DNA of 64,000 bases from assembly GCF_030028105.1 (NCBI RefSeq), contig NC_092377.1, positions 96,726,865-96,790,864 on the forward strand. Direction: 5' to 3'. Every line of letters begins with the position of its first letter. Positions within the stretch are counted from its first letter, which is position 1. The DNA comes from Mobula birostris. Lineage: Eukaryota. The notes under the pieces were generated by a model that had not been told where the DNA came from, did no database searches, and was given only the letters and a program-made list of their open reading frames with translations. The position numbers were made by a program, and so were the translations under genes. Shown piece after piece: positions 23,386 through 34,347 of this stretch.

Positions 23386-24463
23386 ACATATATGTCACCA
23401 TATACAACCCTGAGATTCATTTTCCGCAGGCATTCTCAATAAATCCATAATAGAATAATTACCAGAATAGAATCAATGAACGACTGCACAAATTTGAGCA
23501 TTCAACCAGTGTGCAAACCACAACAAAATGTGTAAATAGAAAATAAATAAATAATAATAGTGAATAAATAAGCCATAAATATCAAGAACATGAGATGAAG
23601 AGTCCTTAAAAGTGAGTCTTTAGGTTGTGGACCATTTCAGTGACGGGCCAGTGACAAATAAAGCTAATCTCATTAAAGCTTTTTTTTTTAACTTATTCAG
23701 TGACTGATGCTCCATAACCCATCAGGATAGAAAATTCCAAGGATTTGCTACCCTCTGAACAATTCCTCCCCTCTCAATCCTGACCCCTTATTTTGATTCT
23801 GCGACCCTTAATTCTGGATATCCCTGCCAGGGAAACATTTGCTCCACATCTACCCTATCAATGCATACAAGGATCTGTATGTTTCAATGTATTTATCTCT
23901 CACTCTTCCAAATTCTGCTTAACTTCATTTTCCAGCATGGACCTAATAGTAACGTGGCTTTCAGTGGATCTACCCTGGGCCAAACATATTGGTGCAATTT
24001 CTACAGAGGTACTGTGGAAGCCTCATAACTGGTTGCCTCAGAGTCTAATCTGGAGGGGCCAACGCACAGAATTGGAAAAAGTTGCAGAGGGCTGTAAACT
24101 CAGCTAGCTCCACTGTGGGTACTAGCCTCCCCACAATCAAGAACATCTTCAAAAAGCAATGCTTCAAGAAAGTGACATCCATCATTAAGGACCCACATCA
24201 CCTTTATTATGCTCCTTTATCATTACTATCATCGGGGGAGGAGGTACAAGAACCTGAAGACACACACTCAAAGTTTCAGGAACAGCTTCTTCCCTACCCC
24301 CCACCATCAGATTTCTGAATGGACAATGAACCGTCACAATTACTCTGCTCCCTTTTTGCACTACTCTTATTTAATTTTTTAAAGTATATATTTCTGATTA
24401 CAATTTATAGCGTAATCAGATCTTGCACTATACCGTTGCTGCAAAGCAACAATGTCAGTGATA

Positions 24464-24743
24464 CACATCAAAGTTGCTGGTGAAAGCAGCAGGCCAGGCA
24501 GCATCTCTAGGAAGAGGTGCAGTCGACGTTTCAGGCCCAGACCCTTCGTCAGGACTAACTGAAGGAAGAGTGAGTAAGGGATTTGAAAGTTGGAGGGGGA
24601 GGGGGAGATCCAAAATGATAGGAGAAGGCAGGAGGGGGAGGGATGGAGCCAAGAGCTGGACAGGTGATAGGCAAAAGGGATACGAGAGGATCATGGGACA
24701 GGAGGTCCGGGAAGAAAGACAAGGTGGGGGGGGGACCCAGAGG
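24464..24743 (-). mobile_element. Short Penelope-derived non-autonomous element (280 bp) carrying a hammerhead ribozyme
   Basis: 12-bp TSD ATGTCAGTGATA (24452-24463 / 24744-24755). Confidence 0.88.
24521..24556 (-). ncRNA. Minimal type I hammerhead ribozyme motif
   Basis: AGTC-CTGACGA-AGG(GTCTGGG)CCT-GAAA-C-GTC-GACT. Stem I is AGTC/GACT, the core is CUGANGA plus GAAA, stem II is AGG/CCT, stem III is the palindrome ACGT, and the cleavage triplet is GUC. Confidence 0.8.
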
Positions 24744-26694
24744 ATGTCAGTGATAATAAACCTGATTCTGACTGTCTCTCGAGTGGCTGGTGCATGGTTA
24801 GCTGTCTGTAGCCACAGGAAGGGACAGTACTCCTTAGAGCGGTCTGGTACCAACATTATATGTGGATTTCCTAAACATGAATCTTCCTGGATACCTGCTA
24901 TTGACCATGAGAGAAATATCTTGAAGACTGAGTAATGTGTTCTGTGTTCTAGATGGGAGCCCGAGCCCCGTTTGAATGCAGTCTGTCACTTCAGGAACTG
25001 GGCCTTCAGAACCCAGAGCTCCAGTGCACACAATTCACACAGCAACCAAAAGCAGGCTCACTGTTGAGAAAAAGTCAAGGAGATCACACAGCACTGAACC
25101 AGGCTCTGCAGCCCACTGTGTTTGTACCAACACCAAGTACCTATCTCTACTCATCCAAATTCCTAGCACCTGGCTGATAGACCTATATGCTTTGGCCTTT
25201 CAAGTGCACATGTAAATATTTAGAAGGAAAGTTCAGGGTGAGATTAAAGATTAGTTTTATGTATTGCATGTACTAAGAATGACATGGATCTCTGCTTGGC
25301 TGCATGGCTGGAATGCTGGCCAAAGATAGTCATATAGGACTGACTTGACCATGTTGTTTCTCAAAGTGATGGAGATAAGACTGTGGGATAAGACTTTAGG
25401 TTGACCTACAGCAGCCATTCCCACCATCCCCCTTAGTATCTTCAGCCTTTCTTTTGTTGCCTCACACTCAAAAGCTGCAGCTAGGGATACCAGCAGTGAC
25501 AGAACCACTGCAAGGACTTCCCAAGAGCTGAAATGGTGGAGGGCTCAATAGAAGTTGGAGATGAACAGCAGTTGTCAAATACACATTATGTCTCCAGAGA
25601 GCTCTGTGTTAGACAATGAAAGGTAGCACATGTAATGTGAGTGACCCAGCAAATGGTAACTGTAACTGTAATCAAAGTAGCTTAGGAATAATATGACCCT
25701 AAAATAATATTGGATGAGGAATGGCATAATTAGATGAGCATCTATTGCAGAAAACACATCATTGCTGCAACGTGAAATCCCAATGGATCAAACTTTCAGA
25801 GTGGCAAGATTCAAATGAAACACAACAATGTTATACCACAGGAATAATTCAACTGCACGTGCACAGCTACTTTTCAGATGTCAATTCTCAATCTTGCTAG
25901 AAGAGTTACTGAGAAACTCTGGCGTCACTTTTCCTAGTTGGCTACCCTCAGTCTGAGCCACAAAGTGAGGACTAAAGTGGGCGATGACAACAGCTGAGGG
26001 CCATTCCACGTTAGTGTAAAGTCCAAGCTGATCTGAAAGAATGAAGGAATAATAAATACAGCACCAATTTTAGGGGAAAAAATTGGGCCACCAAGCAATA
26101 AATAAAATTTAATTGTACAATTAAAATTAAGTAACATGTAATTGCAATTTTAATTGCATGGAAAAACAAATAAATTTAAATGCTGCAATAAAAATGATTT
26201 ACCTTCATAACCTCTAATGACATGATTTAAGTCTCATCAAATTCAAATCTCTCTATGGGGTTGCCCTGATCTATCAAGTCCTTCCAATCCCATTTGTACA
26301 CACAAATTTCTACATGGTCTGATTCAAGATTCTTGTCCTTTTCCTATAATGTGCTTTATTGATGAATGCATAAGATTTCTGTCAAGTAGCTTGGTTATAC
26401 TTGCTGCTAACCTTCCATAGAAATCATGTTTTTCTCTGGATAGGATTAAGGAAAGGAACAGTGTACTTCAAAGCAGGAGATAGAGGAAGAGACAGAGAAT
26501 AGGCAAGGAAATGAGATGGGGAAGAACTGCAGAGTGGGCAAGAGAGAGAAAGAGAAAACAGGACAGAAGTGGGGACGGATTTGGGGAGAGAGGTGGAAAA
26601 TATGTTGAGAAAGGAAATAGGCAATAGCTTAGGGAGAGGGAAATGAAGAATGAGAGAGGGGAGATAAATTAAGAATGGGTAAATGAAAAAAAAA

Positions 26695-27270
26695 TAGATA
26701 TCAAGTTGGTATATTATTCTCACATGTACCAAGGTACAGTGAATAACTTGTCTTGCATACCATCCATACAGATCAATTCATTACAATGGTGTATTGAGGT
26801 AATACAAGTAAAAATGACAGAGTGTAGAATGAAGTGTTACAGAGAAAGGACAGTGCAAGGTTAAATGAGGTAGATTGTGAGGTTGAGTCCTTCTTATCAT
26901 AGTAGAAAAACATTCAATATTCTTACAACAATATTGCTGTTGGAAGCTGTCCTTGATCATGGTAGTACATGCTTTCAGGCTTTTGTACCTTCTGCCCAAT
27001 GGGAGAGGGGAGAAGAAAGAATGTGCAGAATGGTAATTCATTATGCTGGATGCATTACTGAGGCAGCAAAAAGAGTAAACAGATTCCACGAAGGGGAGGC
27101 TGGCTTCCATAATGCACCAGGTCTTTTGCTTTGTTAACATTGAGGGAAAGGTTATCGTATCATGTCAGTAGGTTCTCTTTCTCCCTTCTGTATACTAACT
27201 CAGCGCTATTTGAGATGCAGCTCACTATGGTGGTATCAACTGCAAACTGTAGATGGCACTTATAGATGCA
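26695..27270 (-). mobile_element. Rex/Babar-like LINE 3' fragment
   Basis: ORF 26781-27140 includes FSPLPLGRRYKSLKACTT. Confidence 0.65.
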
Positions 27271-27849
27271 AGCTTATAAATGGAGGTAGGAATGCAGAGC
27301 AAGAGATAAATGGCATTACATTTCCACAAATTCCATTTTCTTGGGGTTCTATTCCCTTCCCTCCTTCTCTTTTCACTGACACCAGGAAGTGGCACCATGG
27401 TCTAGCAGCATATGGGGCAGGTTGGTCCATGGTCCAATTCTGAGCATGGGGGCTCCATGTTCTAACGGCACAACTGCACAATGCAGCAGAGTACTGGAGG
27501 ATTTATGGCCCATACTCTTGACATTCGTACTCTCAGAATCAAATACATGGCTGTGTGTCCGTTTCGCACCTTTGAACTCGACTTCAAGAGCTTTACAGTT
27601 ACTGTGTTAGATTGAAGTACTAAACAACTAACATGTTTTGATTTACTTCTGTGTTAATGGCACAGAATTGACAACACTAAAAATCTAGTTTGTTTTAATT
27701 TAATAGAGATAAGCACACGGGGATACATTTTGATAGGGAGAATAAGGAGAAGCAAAGTAGACTATATGACACAGCTCCATAAGCACAGGGTCATGGCATT
27801 TTTGTACTTAAAACACTTGAAAGTGACACAATGTGGTTGAAATAACAGT

Positions 27850-28800
27850 TTTACTTTATTTATTTAGAAATACAGTACCGTAACAAGCCATTCTGGCTCA
27901 ATGAGGCTGTGTCCTTCAATTATAACCATGTGAATAATTCACCTATGAATAAATCCATCTTTGGATTATGGGAAGAAACCAGAGGAATCAGAGGAAACGA
28001 ATGCGGTCATGGGGAGGATGCACAGATTCCTTATAAACGGCAGCAGGAGGGGAATTGAACCTGGGTCTCTGGTACTGTACTAGTCAAGGGAACATGCACC
28101 AGTCCTCATCGGGGGGTCAGCAGTGGAAAAGGTATGCAGTGGAAAAGGTATGCAGTTTCAAGTTTCTGGGTGTCAACGTCTTTGAAGATCTCTCCTGGGT
28201 GTAACATACTGATACAATTACAAATAAGGTATGTCAGCAGCTATATAACATTAGGAGTTTGAGGAGATTTGGTATGTTACAAAAATTCTAGTACATTTCT
28301 CTAGATATGCTGTGGAGAGCATTCAAACAGGTTGCATCACTGTCCAGTATAGAGGGGCCACTGCACAAGATTGTTAAAAGCTGCAGAGGATTGTAAACTT
28401 AGCCGGCACCCCAGCATTAGTTTCATCAGCATCGAGGATATCTTCAAAAAGTGATGCCTCAAAAAGACAGCATCCAACTTTGAGGACCCCCATCACCCAG
28501 GACATGCCCTCTTCTCATTGCTACCACCAGAGAGGTGACAGAGGAACTTGAAGACACACACTCAACATTTAAGGAACAGCTTCTTCCCCTCTGCCATCAG
28601 ATTTTTGAAAGGACCATGAACCAACCCACAAACACTACCTCACTGTATTGCTCTCTTTTTGACTCACTTAATTTTATATATTCTGTATATATTTCTTATT
28701 GTAATTTATAGCATTTATGTATTGCACTGTACCAGTGACGCAAAACAAATTTCACGATTTACAGTATGTCAGTTGTATTAAACCTGATTCTGCTTCTAAC
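27850..28800. mobile_element. V-SINE (minus strand) with a Rex/Babar-like LINE 3' end (plus strand, ~28085-28797) inserted in its head
   Basis: The V-domain antisense lies at 27960-28030. The LINE motifs FKFLGV and LRSLRRFG are followed by the tail taaacctgattctg. Confidence 0.65.
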
Positions 28801-28829
28801 AGCGTTATTCTAACTGCTATCATGTTGCC

Positions 28830-29945
28830 TTCCCCCTCTTATAGTTAGTAAAGCTTACAGATTTTGAGTTCACAAGAGGTCACAAAAGTAGGGTTACGTG
28901 GAACCGTAATAAAACACCAGCTGGGCTGACCACTGGAGTATTATATTTAATTGATTGCTAGTGTTTACGAGGGGATGAAAGTTCACAGGAAGTATGAACA
29001 AGATTCATTACAATGGTTCCAGGAATGAGGGATTTCATTTGCATGGTTCGACTGAAGAATTTGGTTTTCCTCCTTGAGTTTCAGAGAATTTATAGAAGTC
29101 AATAAGATGAAGTCTGGTTCAGGCAGGGGAAATACAGACAATATGTTTATGCTGCAGGATCATTCAAGGCTCAGGGAAAAAGCTACTGCTGTTAGTAAGG
29201 AAAATCTTTTTGATTTTAAATGTAGAGTATAGGGCGTCCAGAATGGCGGCAGGTATAGAGCCAACGAGAGAAAGGGAATTAGATCAATAGGACAAAAAAT
29301 AATTTGCAGGATTAAGTGGAAAGAGCAGGGGAAAAACACTGAACAGGTACAGTGACCACACATGGAAACATAGGACTGATTACTATTAGATTTTGCAGTA
29401 ACATTTTTTACTACACACCAGGTAATGATTCTTTACACTAGTTTATCATTATTGACTGCAAAAAACTGCAGAAAGTTGTGAAAATAGCTCAGCACATTAC
29501 GGAAATTAGCCTCCCCTCTATGGACCCTATATATCTAATTCTCACTGCCTTGGTAAAGCAGCCAGGAAAGTCAAAGACCCCACCTATTTTGGACATTCAT
29601 TCTTCTCCCCCATCTCAACCCCCACTCATTGGGCAGAAGATATAAAAGCCTGAAAGCACAAACCACCAGGCTCAAGAACAGCTTGTACCCTATTATCAGA
29701 CTATTCAATGATTCTGGAGTTTAATAAAACAAGATTCTTAACCTCCGCAATCTACTTCATTATATTCTTGCATCTTATTATCTAGCTGCCTTAGACTTTC
29801 TCTGCAGCTGTTGCACATTATTCTGCATTCTGTTATTATTTTACCTTGTACTATCTCAATGTACTGTGAAATAATTTGATCAGTATGCAAATCAAACTTT
29901 TCACTGTACCTCAGTACATATGAAAATAATACACCAATTCCAATA
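28830..29945 (+). mobile_element. Old CR1 3' end (~28830-29400) and Rex-like 3' end (~29455-29945)
   Basis: Degenerate 'ccactggagtat...agattcattacaatggttccaggaatgag' and 'gggcagaagatataaaagcctgaaagcacaaaccaccaggctcaagaacagctt'. Confidence 0.55.
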
Positions 29946-30692
29946 TTTTTTAATTAAATGAGAAGAATCAAATTAACTGCTCATAACTAGCCACTCTTCC
30001 TCCTTTACTCTTACTGTACTGTATATTCCTTTAATGCTTAATTACCTCAGGCTATGAAAGTTCTGAAACACTACAATCAAATTTCTCAACCCATTCCACC
30101 TCATGACATTTTTTCCTAACAATGAACTCATAAAGCAAAATGTTTAAGGGAGGAAGAGATCCAAAACTCAATAAAAATTAAGTCACATCATGAATGGAAA
30201 TGATGTCATAATCATCACTGGAGATGACATTGCAGGGACTTAAAGAATCATGTGTGAGGCAATTGTAAAACTGTGTAGCCTAAACCACTTTTACATGCAG
30301 TGATTATTGTTAAGAAACTGCTACTCTCGTAGCCCTTTCACTTTTACTTGAAGGGTTTGGGTACCAAGAATTGTTAGAAAAGAAATTGCTGTGAAAATAA
30401 TGAAGTAGGAAAGCATGCAAGAAGACTGAAAAAGATATTTGTCCCCATTGAAATGATGGGGGACTTCCTTCCCAAAATTCAGTGATTTCAATGTCATTAC
30501 ACAGAGGGTGCTGAACAACAGGTCAAGGATTAAGGAAATTATACCATGTTACTACTATATAGTCATTCACCTTGGGGTTAGTCTGAAAAACTATGTAATG
30601 TTTTTAATCATTGTTCTTATTCTTGTTTTAGAAAATGACGCAAAAGCAGTTAAACAAACTTAGTCCAGAGTTAGTAGTTTGATATTATAACA

Positions 30693-30698
30693 TTTATT
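30693..30698 (-). terminator. QKI: Candidate distal poly(A) signal (AATAAA) of QKI-5
   Basis: AATAAA on the minus strand, followed by a U/GU-rich stretch, near the edge of the TE-free zone. Other AATAAA hexamers exist upstream (e.g. 31976-31981, 33448-33453). Confidence 0.45.
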
Positions 30699-33499
30699 AA
30701 AATAATGCAGGGTTAATAGAAATCGCAAAGAATCAGTAAAAGCAAAGGCAAGCATTCTTTTTTTTTAAAAAAAGAAAGAATCTAATTGTCTAATTAAGCC
30801 ATCAAGTTGCTAACATAAAGCCAGAGAAGGGGAATACTTTCAATAATAAACTACTACAAAAACCATTGGTATTTATCAGTTATCAAAATGGTGGGATTTT
30901 TATAATTTGTTTTCAATTTATCAGGAAAAAAAAATCTTGAATGCTATATATAACATACAAAAACAATGTTTAGAAAAATACATTATAAATTGTAACAATG
31001 GCTGTAAATACATTATCTTACAAGTCTTTAGGCAATTGTTAGTTATGGTACAGACACAACATGAATCTATTTCTTGCTCTGCAGATAACTGGCTCATACC
31101 TGTTAACTATATGACTACAAGCGACACTCCCATCACTCCGTAGAATTACATAACACTGCCAGGAAAGGGAAGCACACTGTTTCTTTTTAAACTACTTTTG
31201 AATATATATGAAGATAAAATCCCCAAATTATGGTAATACTGAAGTTAAGGGTACACACAGATATTTGAAATTGTCAGACTTCTTTGGAAACTACATTCAA
31301 TGATTTGTAGAAATGCATTAGTTATGTTTTTGACATTTAACCTTTCCTTGCCCATTGGCATCACAAGCCCACTTATCCAGAGTTCACAGGGAAAATAAAA
31401 TTTCACTCTAATTTTTGATTCCTCAACTTCCATGTGACTATCACGATTGTCACTTGAGTGTCGCAAGTTCAGCTCAAACAAAAATGTTAAAAATGGCACA
31501 AGAATGAAAACTGGGTAAGTTTGAAGAAGCAAGGTATCAGGAAGACGAGAGGTGGCACAACATTTAAAGCTGGCTGGACAGTTTAATTCTTGTTGCATAG
31601 TAAATCATTATGTTCCCCCCTTCTCCCCATTCTATCCCACCCCTCCCAAATATATGAAGTCAAGAATGAGTGATTTGACCATGCAAATGTTTATAGCAAC
31701 CCTTACATGTTTCTCTCTTCAACTGATAAAAAGGCAGGATGTTCCTTTAGTTAAAGAGGATCTCTCAGTGGACATAAATGAGCCATCAATTTAATTATAG
31801 GACATATACTGTGGCAGAGAATTCCTCTGCTTATGAGTCTACTGGTCAGTTTGGGTCACAGTAAGGTCAATGCTAATAGAATAATCTTTACGTTACGTCA
31901 ACAAGTAATCATATTCTGCTGGATTAGGGGATTGATTATCTTTGGAGAAGTATGCACTTGACAATGTCACCTAACTTTATTGAGAGCTGTGTTACTGTTT
32001 TTTTTGTTTAATATTACTTTAGCCAAGTTGTCCCTATTGATTTGCAATGCGTGGTATGAAGGTTGTCAACAAACAGTCACCAATATTGATGACTTAAGTC
32101 ACAGAGAACGAGCTTCTGACCAAATGTACACCATTGAGTCACTGCAACTTCTCATGAGCTTTTGAAATCTCAGGAGTTGCAGCAGTGACTGGAGCAGTGA
32201 TCAGGAAATGACTAAACATAAACTTTGGCTACAACTGTGCACCTGTGCAGCAAATTTGACTGTTTATTCTTTATCTCCTTTCTTTCTTGAGTTATCTGAT
32301 GGATGCCAATAAAAGGCAAATTGCCTCTTTAAGACGTGAAAATATAAAGCTCAGGGAGTGTACAAGTAACTGTCACAGTCACAGTTATTGTGAGCTGTGG
32401 ATTCAGTGATGTGGCACTTATCAGACACACAACTGCCAGCTCATTTTTATTCACAAGTGGATCCTTTCATATAAGTACTGGGCAGCTAAGTTTGCATGCA
32501 TTTGAGACTTTGCATTCAGCAAGATGATTAATTATGAGACGCCAGACAAAATGACCATGAATAAAATAAGGCACTTCTTTCTTTAGACATTTTCCAATCT
32601 TTACAATTTAACAGAAAAAGGAGGAAAAAGGCTGTTTGGTCTCCTGTTTTGCTTTGTTCACAACTACCAGGAAATCATTTAGTGAAATAAAGGGTTTCTT
32701 TGTTCAGCTTCTATTTAATACTTGAAAGTATAAAAGACTACACTGTCAAAAATATATTTCTTCTTACCAGCACCCTTGTATAGTAAAAGTGTCTACTTTT
32801 TGTTCTTTTTGTGGTCTGTTCAATGCATTATGCATATCTACAATTTCAATACAGTAATATAGTAAAGAGGCAAGCATGGCTTTACATCCTTGAGAAAACA
32901 AATCCATACAAGGAAGAAAATTAAGATTCAACAATTCGCCCAGTATTGTGACACATAATGCATGGACCTTTTGCCAAAAGGCTCCTAAGTGTCCGATAGG
33001 TATTCTTCTCATAAACCATTACTAATTCAGTCTTCTTTACAACACCCTTTGGTTCTTGTTCAATGCTCTTTCTATGGTTTAGGAAAATGCTGAACTGGCA
33101 GGTCAAGGTCATGAAAAGTTTCAAATTGGCATCTGTGTCCTTGAAGAACACAAATGAATAGAACAAGAAATTGGCCAAATTTGGAACATTGAAGCTCATT
33201 CAAAAAATATCCTCACCAATGACATCATTAACCAAAGGTTCATGCATGATGCATCATCACAACAAATTACATTCAGGAAACTTGTGACTTCGGCATGAGA
33301 AAAAATGTTCCTCAAACTCCCACAGTTACTGCCTTTGTTAATAGCTATTCATAGATATCCATCTTCTGTCTCCTAGGCCTTCTTACCGTTCATTAGGGAG
33401 GGTCACAAAATGATGATCATTGATGAACAGTTAGGGATGAATTGGACTTTATTGCTTTAGTATTATTCAGTGCAGGTTCTAGGACCTCACGATTCACCC

Positions 33500-33657
33500 N
33501 NNNNNNNNNNNNNNNNNNNNNNNNNNNNNNNNNNNNNNNNNNNNNNNNNNNNNNNNNNNNNNNNNNNNNNNNNNNNNNNNNNNNNNNNNNNNNNNNNNNN
33601 NNNNNNNNNNNNNNNNNNNNNNNNNNNNNNNNNNNNNNNNNNNNNNNNNNNNNNNNN
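33500..33657. other. Assembly gap (158 N)
   Basis: Run of N. Confidence 1.
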
Positions 33658-33787
33658 CGAACGGACAGTGCCTCAGCTCGCTGCACTGAAGACAGGCAAG
33701 CAAAGGCGATCACCAGTTAATTGATCAGCAGGCAGGCATGGTCAGGTCATCATTGGGTGAAGAGCTCAGAGGTCAGAAGGTCATAGG

Positions 33788-33804
33788 TTAGTTGCCAGTG
33801 GCAG
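33788..33804 (-). CDS. QKI: QKI-5 last coding exon (A)ATGN*
   Basis: A long polypyrimidine tract ends in ...ccacccag|CT GCC ACT GGC AAC TAA. The phase fits the 37652 donor. Confidence 0.95.
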
Positions 33805-34341
33805 CTGGGTGGTTAGAAACAAAAAAAAGAGAAAAGAAAAAAAGATAGAGAAGAGATTAGTGTTGGCTGGTGAAAACTGGATGACAACATGAAAAGCTAA
33901 CCACAACTAATAAACTAAGCACTGTAACTCTGATACACTGATTGGCAACTTTCGATAGAATGCATTCAATCATGGTGGCACTGGATCATGAATAAAAGCA
34001 TGAGAAGGAGACCATTCCCACAATTTGTTAACTTGATAAGTAACTAATGACTAATGGTTAGTAGCAGTCAATGGAAGAGTTCAGGAAAATAGTGACCATA
34101 CAAGAGAGTCAAGGAAAGATGTCTGGATCTGCACAGAAACATTGGGTATCTCTCAGTCAGTACTAAGTTATCTGTACCTGACTGCTATTAAGCATTAGTG
34201 TCCTTCTAAGTGCAAGCACAAAAGAAAGCGAATATTATTCAAGAATGCGATTAACTGGTTATTGATAAAGAAGACGTATTTAGAAATTGCACACAACAAA
34301 TTTAACAAACTAAGGGGCAAAACCATGTAGTTCAATAAAAT

Positions 34342-34347
34342 TTTATT
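34342..34347 (-). terminator. QKI: Candidate poly(A) signal for the QKI-6 transcript, inside the last QKI-5 intron
   Basis: AATAAA within the palindrome CAATAAAATTTTATTG, followed by the GU-rich TTTGTTAAATTTGTTGTGTG on the minus strand. Confidence 0.6.

Larger units (their letters stand above)
23950..24772 (+). mobile_element. Rex/Babar-like LINE 3' end, with its tail interrupted by the hammerhead element
   Basis: ORF text LQRAVNSASSTVGTSLPTIKNIF...SIIKDPHH and the tail atgtcagtgata|ataaacctgattctga. Confidence 0.75.
30693..33787 (-). other. QKI: QKI-5 3' UTR (approximate distal end)
   Basis: It begins CCTATGACCTTCTGACCTCTGAGCTCTTCACCCAATGATGACCTGACCATGCC right after the stop, which matches the mammalian QKI-5 UTR start as I recall it. 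It is AT-rich and repeat-free. Confidence 0.7.

Noticed and set aside
26440-26690. Purine-rich stretch giving a hydrophobic 102-aa ORF
   Set aside because: Low-complexity GA-rich DNA with no splice or coding evidence.
33417-33724. ORFs spanning X residues
   Set aside because: Artefacts of the 158-N gap.
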